Shown: positions 50,091 to 64,000 of the stretch, piece after piece
Position numbering within the stretch: the stretch's first letter is position 1
How the letters are laid out: each line of letters opens with the position of its first letter
Source of the DNA: Lama glama
Lineage: Eukaryota
Length of the DNA: 64,000 nucleotides
Direction: 5' to 3'
NCBI GenBank assembly: GCA_028534125.1
Contig: CM052817.1
Location: forward strand, 23,252,001-23,316,000
The notes under the pieces: generated by a model
What the model was told of the DNA's origin: nothing
Database searches by the model: none
Seen by the model: only the letters and a program-made list of their open reading frames with translations
Made by a program: the position numbers and the translations under genes

Positions 50091-53000
50091 TCTATAAATG
50101 GCTTTTCTCCACTTGTCATTGATCACTCAAAACAGCTCCTGTCTTAGAAGGATGGTGTAAAATGTTTGCAGGATTATCAGCTGTGATCAGTAGGCAGAAT
50201 AAATGGTAAATACAGAAAAATAAAATTTAGCCAGAAATGACTCCCTGTAAAGTCTGTTGATTTTTTAGCTTGACCACAAGTGTATTCTTAAAATACCTTC
50301 AAGCAACACAGGCAGAATTATCTGAAGGACAATCAACACTGGAGAACACAATATAAGGAAAATAAAATATTCCAAGGGTTAAATGAAATTCACATTAAAA
50401 ACATGAAATTTTATATGACTAAAATATTATATAGCATTATTTTGAAAATACAGAGTTTAAGGAAAGTTTTAAATAAAGGAGAAGTGTCTTGTTGTAGAAT
50501 CATAATGAAGTTAGGCTGTTTTTGCTGGAGCATTAGCAAAATGATACTTTCTTGGGACTACAGTGTCAATCTTGCCATAAGAAGGTCATTTTTTAATTAC
50601 TAATCTGTAAGATAGAAAGCATTTTGATTCACTTTCTCTGGTCCAGAGAAGTGGCAGTTTGAGTCTTTATTTTTTTGGACCTCCCTAAAATATTTTTTTA
50701 AAGTTTAACCGTCAAGGTTATAGTTTTTTGGTTTTTTTTTTGGTTTCTGTTTTGTTTTTTTTTAATTTCTTATATTGAAGGACTTCTCCCTACCTGATTA
50801 TATTTTTTTATACTTCTTAAAATCAAAAAAGCATCTTAGCATATTATTTTCCTACTTCATATAAGCAATAGGGAATGAACCATTTTGGAGCCAAACCTAC
50901 TTATTCCAATTCATTTTATTCAAGTACTTTTTAATATATACACATTTTTTTCCTACAAGAGAATGTATGCTATTTGCATTTTGAATGCTTATGTTTTATC
51001 AACCTATTTAGGAGTTTAACGTCGTAATTACTGTATTTGATATATCAACTTTTGTACCAAATAACATCAAGGACTTTTATAAATTTAATTTTATGTCCTA
51101 CATATGTTTTCATTCTTGAGTGGTAAGAAGTCTCATTTAAGTTATGAATTTTTATTATACTTTAGAATATTCCCATTGTTCTCAACTCAGTCATTGATAT
51201 GTGTATCTTTTATTTTAGTTCTGGTCATTAGAAATATTAACCAAAAGTTGTTGTCATTTTGTTTTTCTGTATTTTTCCTCAGAATTGTCACTTTGCAAAG
51301 TAACCATGAATAAGAAAATATTTTTAAGTACCAAAGCAGCAATATTACTGTTCAAAAAATTTTTTTTTCAGAGGCAGTTGACCATCATGAGTAAGGTGAG
51401 TTGAAATTGCCAAAAGCTAGTAATATTGTACTAAATCTTGGTTCTGTAATCTTGTAACCTAAAAATCCATGAGTTTCAGTTTCCCCCTTTATAAAATGAG
51501 ATGTGCAAACCAGGTATTCCACAAAATCTCTTTAAAAGCTTGCTTCTTAAGATCTAATTAAACTCATTTAGGGTGTTTTAAATAAGAGGCCTTCTGTATT
51601 GAATTTTTTCCTACTACATAAACTTGATTTCTCAAATACGGCATTTATTATTTCTCATTTATGAGCAAGAGTAAAGAGTAAATAAAAACTATAACCTGCA
51701 AAGCACATTTTTTAGTATATTGCATTGAATTTTGCAACTAAATAAATACAAATTTCACCTCTATTTCCCTTCTTCCATCTTTACTTCATTATTCCTCCAT
51801 AAAACCTATTAGCCACATGTTCTGCTATGTTTTCTTGAGTTTTTCCAACATTAGCAGAAGTAATATGCATAGTTTTGTAACACATCATTGATTCCTGAAA
51901 ACAGTAAGATGTGCTTAATTACTTGTGTAATTGTGCTGAGCACCATTTAGAACTTAATGCAACCACATTTTTTGGTTTGGCTTTTACAGTTACAGTATAA
52001 ATACATTTCTTTCAAATGAAAGATACTCCTTTCAAATAATGTCTTGGGTGGCAGACCTTTCAAACTGAACTATTTATGTCACACAGAGTGAACTGCAGGA
52101 GAGCTCAAATCCTACACTTGACTTTCCTTTACCACCAACAGTGCTTTGCTCAACCAATTTACTCTGAGTCTCTCTATCTTTATTATAAAACACAGATAAT
52201 GATCTTTGCTTTGTATGACTTATGGGATTACTCTCAGGATCAAAGGAACCACTGGATTTGAAAATACATTATGAACTATAAAATAAGATGTTTTATTCAC
52301 GTTGAAATGCCACCTTTTTGGGTGCCTCTTCTTTAAATCATATAGACGTGCTCTATCTCTTCACCATACAGGGCTCATATGAAAACTGTGGGTAATTATA
52401 ATTTCTGTTTTGAAAAGTTGTAAATGGAAATGTAAGTTTTCTGCTTTAAAAACTCACTGTTCAGCAGTCATATATTTATTTTCCTGTCACTTCTGTTTTT
52501 ATTTGTTCTCACACAAAACTGTAGCTAGCAGAAATATTAGGAAGTGTGATGAAATGTATTTTGTGAATAAAGAGTGACTTCAGTATGGCTAGAAAACTTT
52601 GAATATTTTAAAATATTTAATATTTTGACATAGAAAATCTTCTCCCAAGCTCCTTGGAAGCTTCTGCTTGTCTCTTAACAAGGCCAAATAAACCCGAACC
52701 TTCTTGCTCTAAACTAAAAGTCCGTCTTAGAGTCACATGAGTTTGCCCCCCCCAAAACACTGAAGAATGATACAAAACCATGATTAACTCTTGGTTCAAA
52801 TATACAGTTATAAGATGGAAAAAAATTCTACAGAGTGAAATTGACCTTTTCTTGATACTTATTTGACTAAATAAGTTCTGGGTTTTCATCTGGGTAAAAC
52901 AACCCCACACTATCGCTTTGCTTAAAGCCATAAAATCATTTATGGCAAGATGCTAATGTGCTGGAACCAACACAACTCTCATAGGTCTCAAATCATCTCA

Positions 53001-53564
53001 CTCTCGGAAATGCATTTTCATTAATTAGGACATCTTCTGAATTGTCCACTCAAGTTGCACTTGCCCTTCTTTGGCTTTTACTTTTCATCTAGTGTTGCCT
53101 CAGCAAAACTGGACTTCACACTTGTCCTATGTCTTACATTTAGAATCATTTTTTTTTCTTTTTCACTGATCCTCGCCTTCAGTTTGAAAATATGTCTATC
53201 ATCTACTCTCTTTCTCCCATTTCTCTTTCCTCCCGCTACCCAGATCATGGTAACCGTATGACTAACAGCAGAGCAGTATAGATACAATAATACTTCTTGG
53301 AATCCAAGAGAGGGAGCCTTCTCCCCTCGGAAGAACGTTCCTCCAGGGTAGTTTCTTGTCTCATTCTACAGGTACTGATTCCAAATTTCTATTAAACTTT
53401 ATCGTCTGAAATAACAAATGTGTATGTATTTCATGTCTAGTATATACAAAGTTTAAAAGCATTATCCTATTCTATGATGATTATGGTTGTAGTAACTTGT
53501 AGTGCATGAAACATGGACTAGAAATTTTCCTTTGTTTAAGGAAGAGGATGTATGATGTACTGGT

Positions 53565-53984
53565 TGTATTAGTTTTCTAGGGCTCCTGTTAACACAGCAC
53601 CACAAACTGAATGGCTTAAACGACGGAAATTTGTTGTCTCAAGGTGGTGATAGGGCTGATTTTTTTCTGAGAGCCATCACTGGGTATCTGTTCTATGACT
53701 CTCTCTATATTTGCTGCTGATTTTTGACGTTCCTTGGTGTGTAGAAGCATTACCCCAATCTTCGGTTCATCTTCACATGGTGTTCTTGTGTGTATCTATC
53801 TCCAGTTTTCTGTTTTTGTAAGGACATCTGTCCTATTAGATTAGAGGTCCACATTACTCCAGTATCACCGTATCTTAACTGTATCTACAATGACTTTGTT
53901 TCTAATAAGTTCACATTCTGTGGTACTGGGATTTAAGACTTCAATGTATGATTGGGGAATCCAGACACAATTCAACCCATAACC
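53565..53984 (-). mobile_element. MLT1 (MaLR) solo LTR
   Basis: TGTATTAGTTTTCTAGGGCT...ACACAATTCAACCCATAAC with a perfect 5-bp TSD CTGGT at 53560-53564 and 53985-53989. Confidence 0.9.
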
Positions 53985-54199
53985 CTGGTAGTTAAAAAAA
54001 TATTTTACCTTACTGTAGCCAAGTGCATTTTTTAAATTCCCATTTGAAAAATAAAAAATAACTCTGAATAATATTGTCATAGAGAGAATTCATTGAAAGG
54101 ATAATAGATACTTGAAGGAATTGTCAGAAAGTTTCCAGAAAGCTTGCTCAGAGCTGGGAGAAGACATGAGAAACTCTAAAAGCCAGAAACAGAGACAAT

Positions 54200-54530
54200 A
54201 TCAGGCCACATAATAGTTAAGAAAGGACCACAAGTGCAGCTGAATGCTGACATCGTGCACTTACCAGCACCACACTGGGGCTCAAATTTGGTAGCTTACA
54301 CCGCTGCCTTTTGAAACTGGATTAACTGTCATTGCTGCTGCTGCTTTAAGTCTCTAGCTTCTGATTCAGATTTTTGATTCAGCAAATTCATGGCCAGGTC
54401 TAGACATTGTGTCCAAACTTTGGCATTCTGAAAGGCTAGATAAAACATTTCATCTTCTGCAGTGGGAGGTGGGCTCCTGTCCCAGTAAGACACGCGTATT
54501 GGGAAATTCTGGAAATGTATTACTGGGATT
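54200..54530 (-). mobile_element. Old MLT1-like LTR fragment
   Basis: CTTCTGCAGTGGGAGGTGGGCTC...GGGAAATTC resembles old MLT1 subfamilies. Confidence 0.4.
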
Positions 54531-54699
54531 TATAGGCTGGACAACCTGGGACTGGCAGATGTACTCAATAAGGTGCTGTCAATATTTGTTTCCTTGTGGT
54601 TTTTGAGAGTGTACTTAATATAAAATAAATAAATATTAAAAGATTGTCTATGGAGAGGAGTGTTAGAAGAGGGTGAAGTATGTTGTCATTGGGGCAAAT

Positions 54700-55440
54700 A
54701 ATAGTGAAATAAACAAAAAAATTCAAAGGTAAGAGACTTTCCTATGAGTTGGGCATTGAAATGAGGGTTGGGACTTAAAGAAGCAGAGGGGGAGGCAAGG
54801 CACCTGATAAAAGACATGACACTGAGGGAAGAATGAATGGGACATCTTTGGGGTAAAAGTGATTTACAATTTTAGTTGAAGTAATGCATTTATATAAGTG
54901 AATGATGGAATGGTAGAATGATCTCCATTTGGCCAGATCATTTATGGTCTTGCATGTCAAGGGAAAAGGGTTTGAATATTATTCCAAAGAGAATGAGATG
55001 TTATTCAAGAGAAGGGAGAGGCATATTTAGGAAGAGTATTCTAACATACAGTATTTTGCATAGTGGAGTTTTGCAGGCATGAAACCAGGTAGCAGAAAAT
55101 GCAATAGCTATGAAACATGACTGTAATCAATGTAGCATTTTGGAAAGAGCAAAATGCTCAAACCTGTGAAATTTTACAAAGGAAAGCTAATAGAACTTGG
55201 TAGAGGAATAAAGCACTCTAAGGTTGTAAGCCTGTATGACTAGAAGAAATGTAGTTTTTTTGGCATATACAAGAAATAAGGCAGGGAAAATATCTTGTGG
55301 TCAAATATTGGTGTATTTTAAATGCTGTGTTTAAAATGGTAGCAGAATATTCAGAAGAAACATATTCATACAAAAAGAAAAGCCGTAAACTCAAAAGAAA
55401 TGACCAAGCTGAACACACAGGTTTTGGAGACATTTATAGA
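54700..55440 (-). mobile_element. L2 fragment
   Basis: Purine-rich block with GGCCAGATCATTTATGGTCTTGCATGTCAAGG...GTTTGAATATTATTCC. Confidence 0.5.
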
Positions 55441-55747
55441 GACAAACAACTTTATTTGCAGGGTACAGAGAAATGAACAGGCTCAAAATCATTAGAGGTC
55501 ATGCATCTAAAGCCAAGATGTGTCAATTTGATACTATTCATGAATTCTCATAACCTGAATTTTACAAAATAAATCATTGCTCATGATAATGATGAATTGT
55601 ATTATTTATCATATATTCTAATTCTATGAATTATTTTTATGTTTTATATAAGCTATGTTTATTAAGCAATACATTACATTCCCAAGCAATTCAGGACATT
55701 ATCTAACTTCACTATGTACATGTTTGTTCATATAACTTTTGTTATGA

Positions 55748-56379
55748 ACTACAATTGAAATTAAGTATCACCTCACACCAGTCAGAATGGCCATCATTCA
55801 AAAGTCACAAATGACAAATGCTGGAGAGGCTGTGGAGAAAAGGGAACCATCCTACACTGTTGGTGGGAATGCAGTTTGGTGCAGCCATTATTGAAAACAG
55901 TATGGAGGTTCCTCAGAAGGATAACAATAGACTTACCATATGATCCAGCAATCCCACTCCTGGGCATATAACTAGAGGGAACCTTAATTCAAAAAGACAC
56001 ATGCACCCCAATATTCATAACAGAACTATTTACAGTAGCCAAGACATGGAAACAACCTAAATGTCCATGGACAGATGACTGGATGAAGAAGCTGTGGTGC
56101 ATATATATATATATACTACTCAGCCATAAAAACCAATAAAATAATGCCATTTGCAGCAACATGGAAGGGCCTGGAGATTGTCATTCTAAGTGAAGTAAGC
56201 CAGAAATAGAAAGAAAAGTACCATATGATATCACTCATATGTGGAAGTAAAAACAAAACATAAATGAACTTATTGACAAAACAGAAACAGACTCACAGAC
56301 ATAGAACATAAACTTAACAGTAGCTAGGGGGAAGAGGATGGAAGGGATAAACTGAAAGTTTGAGATTTGCAGATACTAA

Positions 56380-56415
<36 letters not shown>

Positions 56416-56610
56416 GTATATATAAATAGATAACAAGTTTATACTGTAATGCACAGGGAACTATATTCAATATCTTATAGTAACTTATGGTGAAAAAGTA
56501 TATGAAAACAAATATATATATGTTCATCTATGACTGAAGCATTGTGCGGTACACCAGAAATTGACACAACAATGTAAACTAACTATACTTCAATAAAAAA
56601 AAATACAAAA
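55748..56610 (+). mobile_element. 5'-truncated lineage-specific L1 (ORF2 C-terminus, 3'UTR, poly(A))
   Basis: TATCACCTCACACCAGTCAGAATGGCC (YHLTPVRMA), TGCTGGAGAGGCTGTGGAGAAAAGGGAAC (CWRGCGEK) and CCATATGATCCAGCAATCCCACTCCTGGG ([10 protein letters not shown]), ending CAATAAAAAAAAA. Confidence 0.95.
56383..56410. repeat. (TA)n microsatellite inside the L1 3'UTR
   Basis: Read directly from the sequence. Confidence 0.9.
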
Positions 56611-57569
56611 ACAATTAAGAATCTTACCATGGTTCAGATCTTCAATATCAATAGCTGTGGTATCAAGCTGTGATATAAATGATACTAATTTTTTCTCACT
56701 AGTCATCTTCAGTCTAATTCATATCCAGGTAGTGTATGAAATATGCAATAATCTGTTTTTTCCATTGTAAAAATCAGTGTGTTTAATTATGTAACATAAC
56801 CACCAAAACTCACATTAGAAAAGTTACAAATATAGGAAATATAAAAGCATAAATTCAGAATATGTTTGCATTTCAATTTCAAGTTTTCCTTGTTGAAGGT
56901 TGTGGAAAATTACGTTTGTTTATTAGTGTTCATTATTCTAAATCAAAGAAGCAAGTCAAATTAGTTTTGCTCAATGCAAGTCTAAAAGAGTCTCTGATCG
57001 TTACTTCATAATAATAGTGGTGCGTTGAAAACATATCTTGACTGATGCAAATTATAAATAAACCTTATACGCCAAAAATTAAGTTGCTTACTTTCTGTTT
57101 TGCTTTCCAAAAGTAACCTCATTTCTCTAAATCTTATTTGCCTCTTTGGTAAAATGTAATGGTTTGTGGGATTATTGTAAGCATAAAATATAAGTAGAAA
57201 ATAGTCTATAAATTATAAAATAGATGATAGGGTTCACCCAAACAAATAACTTAAAACCAAATATCATAAAAACAGAAATGAAAACTTTCCATTGACCTCA
57301 TAGGTGGCCATAGAGATAAATGTCTATTAAAAATTACTTATACCTATTTTATTTACCTCTCACCTCTTTGTCATTTTCATCCTACCCTACTCTAGCTAAT
57401 GCCCCCAGCATTACACTGAAACTGGCCTAGAGTCTAGACAATGCACCCGATGGCATTCTCATTGCAAAATTTAAGAAAGCCTGCCATGTCAAGGGAGAGC
57501 TTGCGGAAATTTTAGCCCCTGTCTTTTCCTCCATCACCTCCTCATCAAGCCATAGTAAATGAACATATA

Positions 57570-58855
57570 TAATCTAAGTAAAACTGGTCTTCTCTTTCCC
57601 TCCAATCACATACTCTTGACTTTCTTTAAAGCTCTCCTATGTAAAAATTCTAGAGCTATTACTGTAAGCATTTTCTCCTTCATGAAATGCATATTTCTCT
57701 TGCTTTCTGCAACACCACTATCTTTGGAGTTTCTCGGACGTGCGTGGCTGCTCCTTCATAGTTATTTTTGCTGAACATTGCTGTTTCAACAGGCATCTAA
57801 ATACTGGAACTCTTTAGAACTTAAGTTTAAGTCTTCTCTCTCATCTATATTCTTTCCCAAGATGATCATATACATTTGGGTTTTCTGCCAACTGTATGCT
57901 GATTATTCCCAAATTTATATAGTTAGTATAGAACTATTTTTTGAATTCCACAATTAAGATCAACTTCTTATTTGGTAGTTTTGCTTGAAATATCAGGTGC
58001 ATTTTCATTTATCATTTCCAAAATTTGACAGTTTTCTCTCAAAACTTGTTTTCTTTCCAACTTTCTCATACCAGTAAATGTTAGTTCTTCCAAAGTCAAA
58101 ATACTGAGAATCATTCTTGCCTTTTTTTGTTCATTTGCTCTCCACATCTATTCATCAGTAACTTTATTTGTACTACTTAAAAGAATCTCAACTACAACCA
58201 TTTCTCCCCGTTTCTACTGCCAACTACTCTGTCTACTTCTACTCCTTCTTCTTTGGTCAGTTCCCTACATAACAACCAAATGAAATTTTGAATAGTACCC
58301 CTTGGTCATAATATGCTTAAGTTTTCCAACTGTCTTCATGTTTTCAAAAGCCATGGGTGATTATCCCCTGCTTATCTCCCCAGCTTTAACTAGTGCCATT
58401 GTTTTGACTCAGCTGCTAAAGTCTTTCTTTCAGTCTTTATAAAGAGACTAGTTTCTTTCCTGATCGAGGGCTTTTGCACATGCTGCCATTTCTGTCATGA
58501 AATCAAGCAGTCCACACACCGACACATCATCTTACTAACTCTCTCTTACCGTCTCTAGATGTCTCCTTTTAATTCGGGTACCATTTTGTCACCTCCGATG
58601 AAAGACCTTTCCCAGCTCTTTCATAGATCTAGATACAGATATAGATATAGATATAGATCCCATATGGTTTCTTATAAATTTGTATATTTCTTATGATACT
58701 TGCTGTGAAAATCTATTTATATGCCTATTTGTTCTTTTAATCATTTCGTGTCTTTCTTTACTACTTTAACTGTACACCTGAAGAGAGCAAGGCCCTCTAC
58801 ACATCTAACAGTTACTTCAATGCCTGGTACGTAGTACACTCATTTGTCAAGTTTA
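57570..58855 (+). mobile_element. Long degraded L2
   Basis: Pyrimidine-rich body with TATGCTGATTATTCCCAAATTTATAT (RT YADD-like region), AGGGCTTTTGCACATGCTG and the 3' end TGCCTGGTACGTAGTACACTC. Confidence 0.7.
58623..58658. repeat. (TAGATA)n imperfect hexamer repeat
   Basis: Read directly from the sequence. Confidence 0.85.
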
Positions 58856-61800
58856 CATAGAAAAGAGAATAATCAAGGATGTTAAATGATGAACTCTAAC
58901 TAATAATAGTTTTCTATATTTGGCAATATACCAAGGAAGAAAATATATTGACACCCATGGCTAAAGAAATTTAGGCCATTCATGTATTCACACACACACA
59001 AAAATTATTTTATTTTACTTTTTACCACAATATCTTAAACATAGTTACTAGTTTATAAGTATTTTCATTTCATATAACAACCTGTTATCTGTATAGAATT
59101 ATTACATTTAATGTGTGGATGACAAATCTAAAATTTGAAATAGATGAATGTTTTTTTCAAGATAATGGAATTAACCACAATAGAAAAAGGAATCTTGCTT
59201 GATCCTTTGGGTTCTGAAGGCAGGTAAAAAAAAACCACCTCAGGTGATTAAATTTCAAATAGAAGGCTCTACTCGTCTGCACGTTATAATTAACTCTGTC
59301 ATTTCTCCATTAAGCTCGCTTTAATTTAAAAAACTGACTTCTCTGTGAAAAGGTCAGCATATCTTTTTTCCTCCTCACTTCATTTCTGCCATCCCTTCAA
59401 GTCTGAGTGCAAACTTATGTTACTTGGAAAAGCTCAAGTGAAAACTGTTTCTCACGGCTTCTTATACAAAAGTGATGTCACTGAAGTATTAAAAAAGTTG
59501 GACATGTATCATGTACTCAACTTGAAAACATATGTGCAGTTTAGCTACAATATTTAAAAAATTATTTGTGATATAAACTCCGCTAAAATTTTCCCTAAAA
59601 AGAAGATATTTCAATCAAAGAAACTGCAAAAGTATAATTCTTTAGATACATTCATTGCTAATTGTGAGTGCTGTCATATTTTAAAATCAATTCACTAGTA
59701 TAACATCCCACATTGCACATTATTTGGACCCAAACTGGTACACAGCATCTACATGACAAAAATGAAAGTAGCATATTAATGTTAATTAATCTGAATAATT
59801 ATCTCTTGTGTATGATGGGTCATAAACATCATTTGTGATTTAATTTTATATAAATCAGGGTGAATATAGTGCATAAATGTTAGGAAAATGATGAAGAATA
59901 ATATTTTCATGGTTGCAGTGAGTTTACTGTTTAGCAGATGAGGAGGAGGAAAATGGGAGTAGTTTAGTTCCCGTAGTTTTAATAAAACATATGGAAATAT
60001 ATGAAAATGAATGTTTTCATTAATTATTGGTAAAAATAATGGGGATAATGTTCTCCTTCTCCTTGGACAAGATTATATCAAATACTTGTCTCTGACAGTA
60101 CCAAATAATTATTGAAGTGTCATACGTCTATAAAATGCTATGAGTATAAAGGAAATTTCATCCAAATTAAAGTAGCCAGTTCATTGCTTCCCTCTGTTAT
60201 GTATTATGTGTCATTTGCACCAACGTTGGAAAAGCCAAGATAAAAAGTCAAAGTATGATATGAATGTATGCCTTTTCTCTCTCTTAATGACCCACATTTT
60301 CCCACTTGAATTGTATCCCTTTCCATCCCCAAATCATTTCCTATATATAAAGCATCTTAATACTGCTTATTCTCTTAAACTCATCTTTGAATTCACTTTT
60401 CTTTTTTCCTCATTTCCATTTACAATCAACTGAGTTAACAATTAGTTATATAAAATCTCCTTCAGTTTCATTCTGATTGAAAAAAATGAATAATGTATGT
60501 TTCCAGCACAGTGTTTCATGTAGGGATCTAAAGATTTCTAAGGAATAGTCCTTACCTTCAAAGAATTGAATGTATAGTGAATCTACTGAAAGAATAAAGG
60601 ACAAACAAGAGAATAATATAAATGCTACAATAGATGCAAGGAAGATTAAGAAGATGTTAGGAATGGTCCACAGAAGAGATATCTGAGGTGTGTCTGGAAC
60701 AATTAATCATTTTTCTAAGCAGGAAAGTAAACAGTTACAATGAATAAGAGGAAACATGTATAAACTTTAGAATTGCTAGTTTGATCATGTACAGAAATTA
60801 TAAAGGATTAAGAAATGAAGCAGATAAGGAGCATATGTTTAAAAAAAAAATCCCTAAAAGGAGGGAGTGCATGACAGCCTTGCCTTTTCCTATTGTATGG
60901 CTTATCATAAAATAATTCTATTTGACTTTCTCACGTTTTCCTTCTGCTATCACATAGTACATTTTTTACATTCATTGAAGCAATTATTTTACTAAATTGC
61001 TTTCCTATTTCTAGGCACAGGGTACATAACCTTAATTTGTAACAGAAGATAAATAGCAAAAAAACACTTTATTCTTGACTATTCTATACAGAAATATGTA
61101 ACAGAGCAAGGATCCACCAATAGGGTTTATAGACAAGTTTCACTCAATATTTTGGATTGCCTCTAATTTACTTGCACAGATGTAACCATGCATAGAAACC
61201 ATTTTAAACGTAAGTAACCTTACCATTATATACACTGTTAAAAAATGGCATGTTCTGGATTACCAGTCACTGGGAAAATATTACCCCAGTGATGAAATTT
61301 AAACCTCAATAATGTAATTTAAACTCTAAGCTTCTTTTTTTTTTTTTTTTTTTTTTTGGTTTACTAGATTGGGACATTCAAAGAGGCTGACTCACAAGAT
61401 TTATTTCTACATTTCTGAATTCATGTCACTGCTGAATTCATTCCTGGTTATTGAAGAGTAGAGATTACACATATACATTTCAAATTAAAATAAACACTGG
61501 ATTGTTTCTCAGACTATCATGGTGGATGACGTGTCATGTAGTATTAGGGAAACAGTATTGCCATAGAGGATAGCTATCCTTCACTGTTCACAAAGTGTTA
61601 ATTAACTAATCATATACTCACCATTCACTGATAATTAACTGACTGGTTTATTCCCCTCTATTAACTGACTCTAACTTTAATATATTCTTTAGTTTTAACT
61701 AAATTAAGTTTAGGTGAATTATTTATTTATCTAGTTATCTATGTATTTATTTTTCTGAGCAGATTCTTGTCTATAAAATGAAAGTTCAGCCAGTGACATA

Positions 61801-62769
61801 TGTTGGCCATTCTTGCTCCCTGTTTATATATTAGATGTTCATTTCAACCTCAAATACAATAAAAGTTGGCCATTTTCTTATACCTGTCCTGAGTTCTCTC
61901 ATTTGGTCAGTAACATATTTTTTGAGTCCCTAATATGTTCAAGATAATGTACCTACTAAGTTCAAAGACCTGTAAAGGGGAGAGTGGTTAATGAAATGTG
62001 TTCTCTATTGTCAAAAAGAATCAGGAGAGAGAGAGGAAGGTGAGACTTTACTCTAGGGAATAATGATATTTACAGTAAGATAGAGGAGAAGAATGGCCAC
62101 CAAATTTCAGTAATTCTGCACAAGGAAATGCCTCTTTCCTGGTTTCTGTAACCTGACCCACTAACATAAGTTTGGAAATGAAAGCTCACAATGGCTAGAC
62201 CAGTTATATGATTCCTTAGCATATTCTAGATAGATTCTTTTAGGTTTCTCAGCAACCATTATATCAACCATTGCCTTTGGAACACCAGCCAAAATTAAAA
62301 CTGAAGTAGTCTTAAAAAAAAAAACAATTATTTTAGGGAAAATAGATAAAAATTGGAAAGCTATTGTGCAAATGCTTTGACATTCAGATCTTCTTCATAT
62401 TGTGGATTTAAAGTCAGAGAAAACAAAAAGGGAGAGAGTCAGGAGTATATGTATATGTATCTTTCTTTCAATATAAATATAAAATTCTTTATGGTTTTGT
62501 TAGGTCTCTAGCTGCAGGACTGAAAGCTTAATTGCTTAGTTCATTTTGTCATACGTTTATGATCTTGCTGAAACTAGAAATCGTAAATCTATGATGGCCC
62601 TAATTATGCAAATACATCTTTTTTTTTTTTTGCTACCAGGAAGAAAGAAAAATGAAGATTAGATTATTTGACATAAATTTTGCGCATGGTAGTGATGGTG
62701 GTGTTAAGGAGCACAGCAGAAAAGATAATGGAATTTTGACAGGATTTTTTTTTTTTTTAGTTATAAGGA

Positions 62770-63249
62770 AGTTAGGTTTAGAGAAACAAACAATAGGATA
62801 AAGATCATACATAAGAGGAGATTTATTATAGGTATTGACTCACTAGTTATGGAAGCTGGTGAGTCCTGTAATCTACCGTATGCTGGAAAAACAGGAAAGC
62901 CAACAGTGTAATTAAGTATAGGTCCAAAGACCTAAAAATGGGGAGGGGAGGATGAGGGTCAGTCATGTAACTGCCTTAAGTCCAACAGCCCAAGAACCAG
63001 GGGCACCACTGTCCAAAAGTAGGGGAAGAGGAATGTCCCAAGCTGAGAGAGTGAATTTGCCCTTTCTCCACCCTTTTTTTTTTTTTCTATTCAGGCCCTT
63101 GACAAATTGGATGATGATCTTCTTTATTCACTTTACGGATTCAAATTCTCTCCTGAAGACTTCCTCATACACTACCCAGAAATATGTTTTACCAGCTATT
63201 TGGGCATCCTTTAGCCTAGTCAAGTTAACACATAAAATTAACCATCATA
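62770..63249 (-). mobile_element. MLT2 (ERVL) solo LTR
   Basis: AGAGAAACAAACAATAGGA...GAGATTTATTATAGG...AGCCTAGTCAAGTTAACACATAAAATTAACCATCA. Confidence 0.85.
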
Positions 63250-64000
63250 GGTAAGATAAAAAAAAAAAAACTGAAGGCAAAAGGAACTATTAGTTCGGGA
63301 GAATAACGAGGACTAAGGAACTTATGATTACACCTTTCTTTTATGTAATTGCCAACTCCTCTATATTAATGAAGGAATGAAGTTTGTTTTTTTTTAAAGA
63401 AAGTACAGTTTGATATGTAAAGTTGATTCTATTAATTTTCTTCAAAATTTTAGACCACATGAAATTTGCTATTTTAAGAATATAAAGAGAGCTCAAAAAA
63501 ATCTCGTGTTTAATAAAGAATGAATAATACTTCCTTTTCATGACTAGCAAAGATAAGGGTGGTAAAAGCAATTGTTAAGAGATCTCGATCATTGGGGAAA
63601 AGTGGTCTCTGTAAATGTTTTCTACTCCTGCATTTATTAAGACAGTTATATGTTTTTCCTTTTTAAATCTTAATGTGTTTGGTTATGTTAATAGCTGGAC
63701 TGCTAATAATGGTCTTGCATTTTTGAGATGCATCCAATACTGACATTATACATACATGCATTATTTGGATTCATTTTTTCCTAATATTTTATTTAGGTCA
63801 TTACATAGTTACAAGTTAATTTGCCTAAAATTTTCAGTTCTGTTATTGTTCTTATCTAGTATTATTTTTAAGGTTATAGCTGCATGATGTAATGAATAAT
63901 GTAGTAATCCTTCATTTTATCTTCTCTAGAACACCATATATTTTGTAAATTTTTTCATTTATCTCATCCTTGATTTTTTAAGTATTTATTTCAGTATGAG

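Noticed and set aside
318..63571. Remaining short ORFs in the six-frame track
   Set aside because: None resembles a protein I recognise. Many lie in repeats or microsatellites and show the F/L/I/K bias of AT-rich DNA.

Overview
AT-rich mammalian non-coding DNA (intergenic or deep intron). It is most likely from a camelid, because it carries a Vic-1-type tRNA-derived SINE and I saw no ruminant, pig or primate SINEs. I found no recognisable protein-coding gene, RNA gene or CRISPR array; the supplied ORFs look like chance ORFs or sit in repeats. The window is a mosaic of ancient repeats (MIR, L2, CR1/L3, MaLR/MLT, MER21-like, old L1) and younger ERV1-type LTRs, three of which are solo LTRs clustered at 45.7-48.0 kb. 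The most interesting item is a 170-bp element at 18444-18613 (-). It matches only the R region (predicted start site to poly(A) site) of the LTR family also present at 46697-47328, and it has a poly(A) tail, a 7-bp TSD and an L1 endonuclease site. It therefore looks like a SINE-like retrocopy of a short LTR transcript. Other notable items are an L1 that keeps its 5' end but stops inside ORF2, nested insertions, several strong orphan splice-site pairs and a CpG-retaining non-repeat segment. Repeat family names come from recalled consensus similarity, not a database search, and boundaries of old repeats are approximate.
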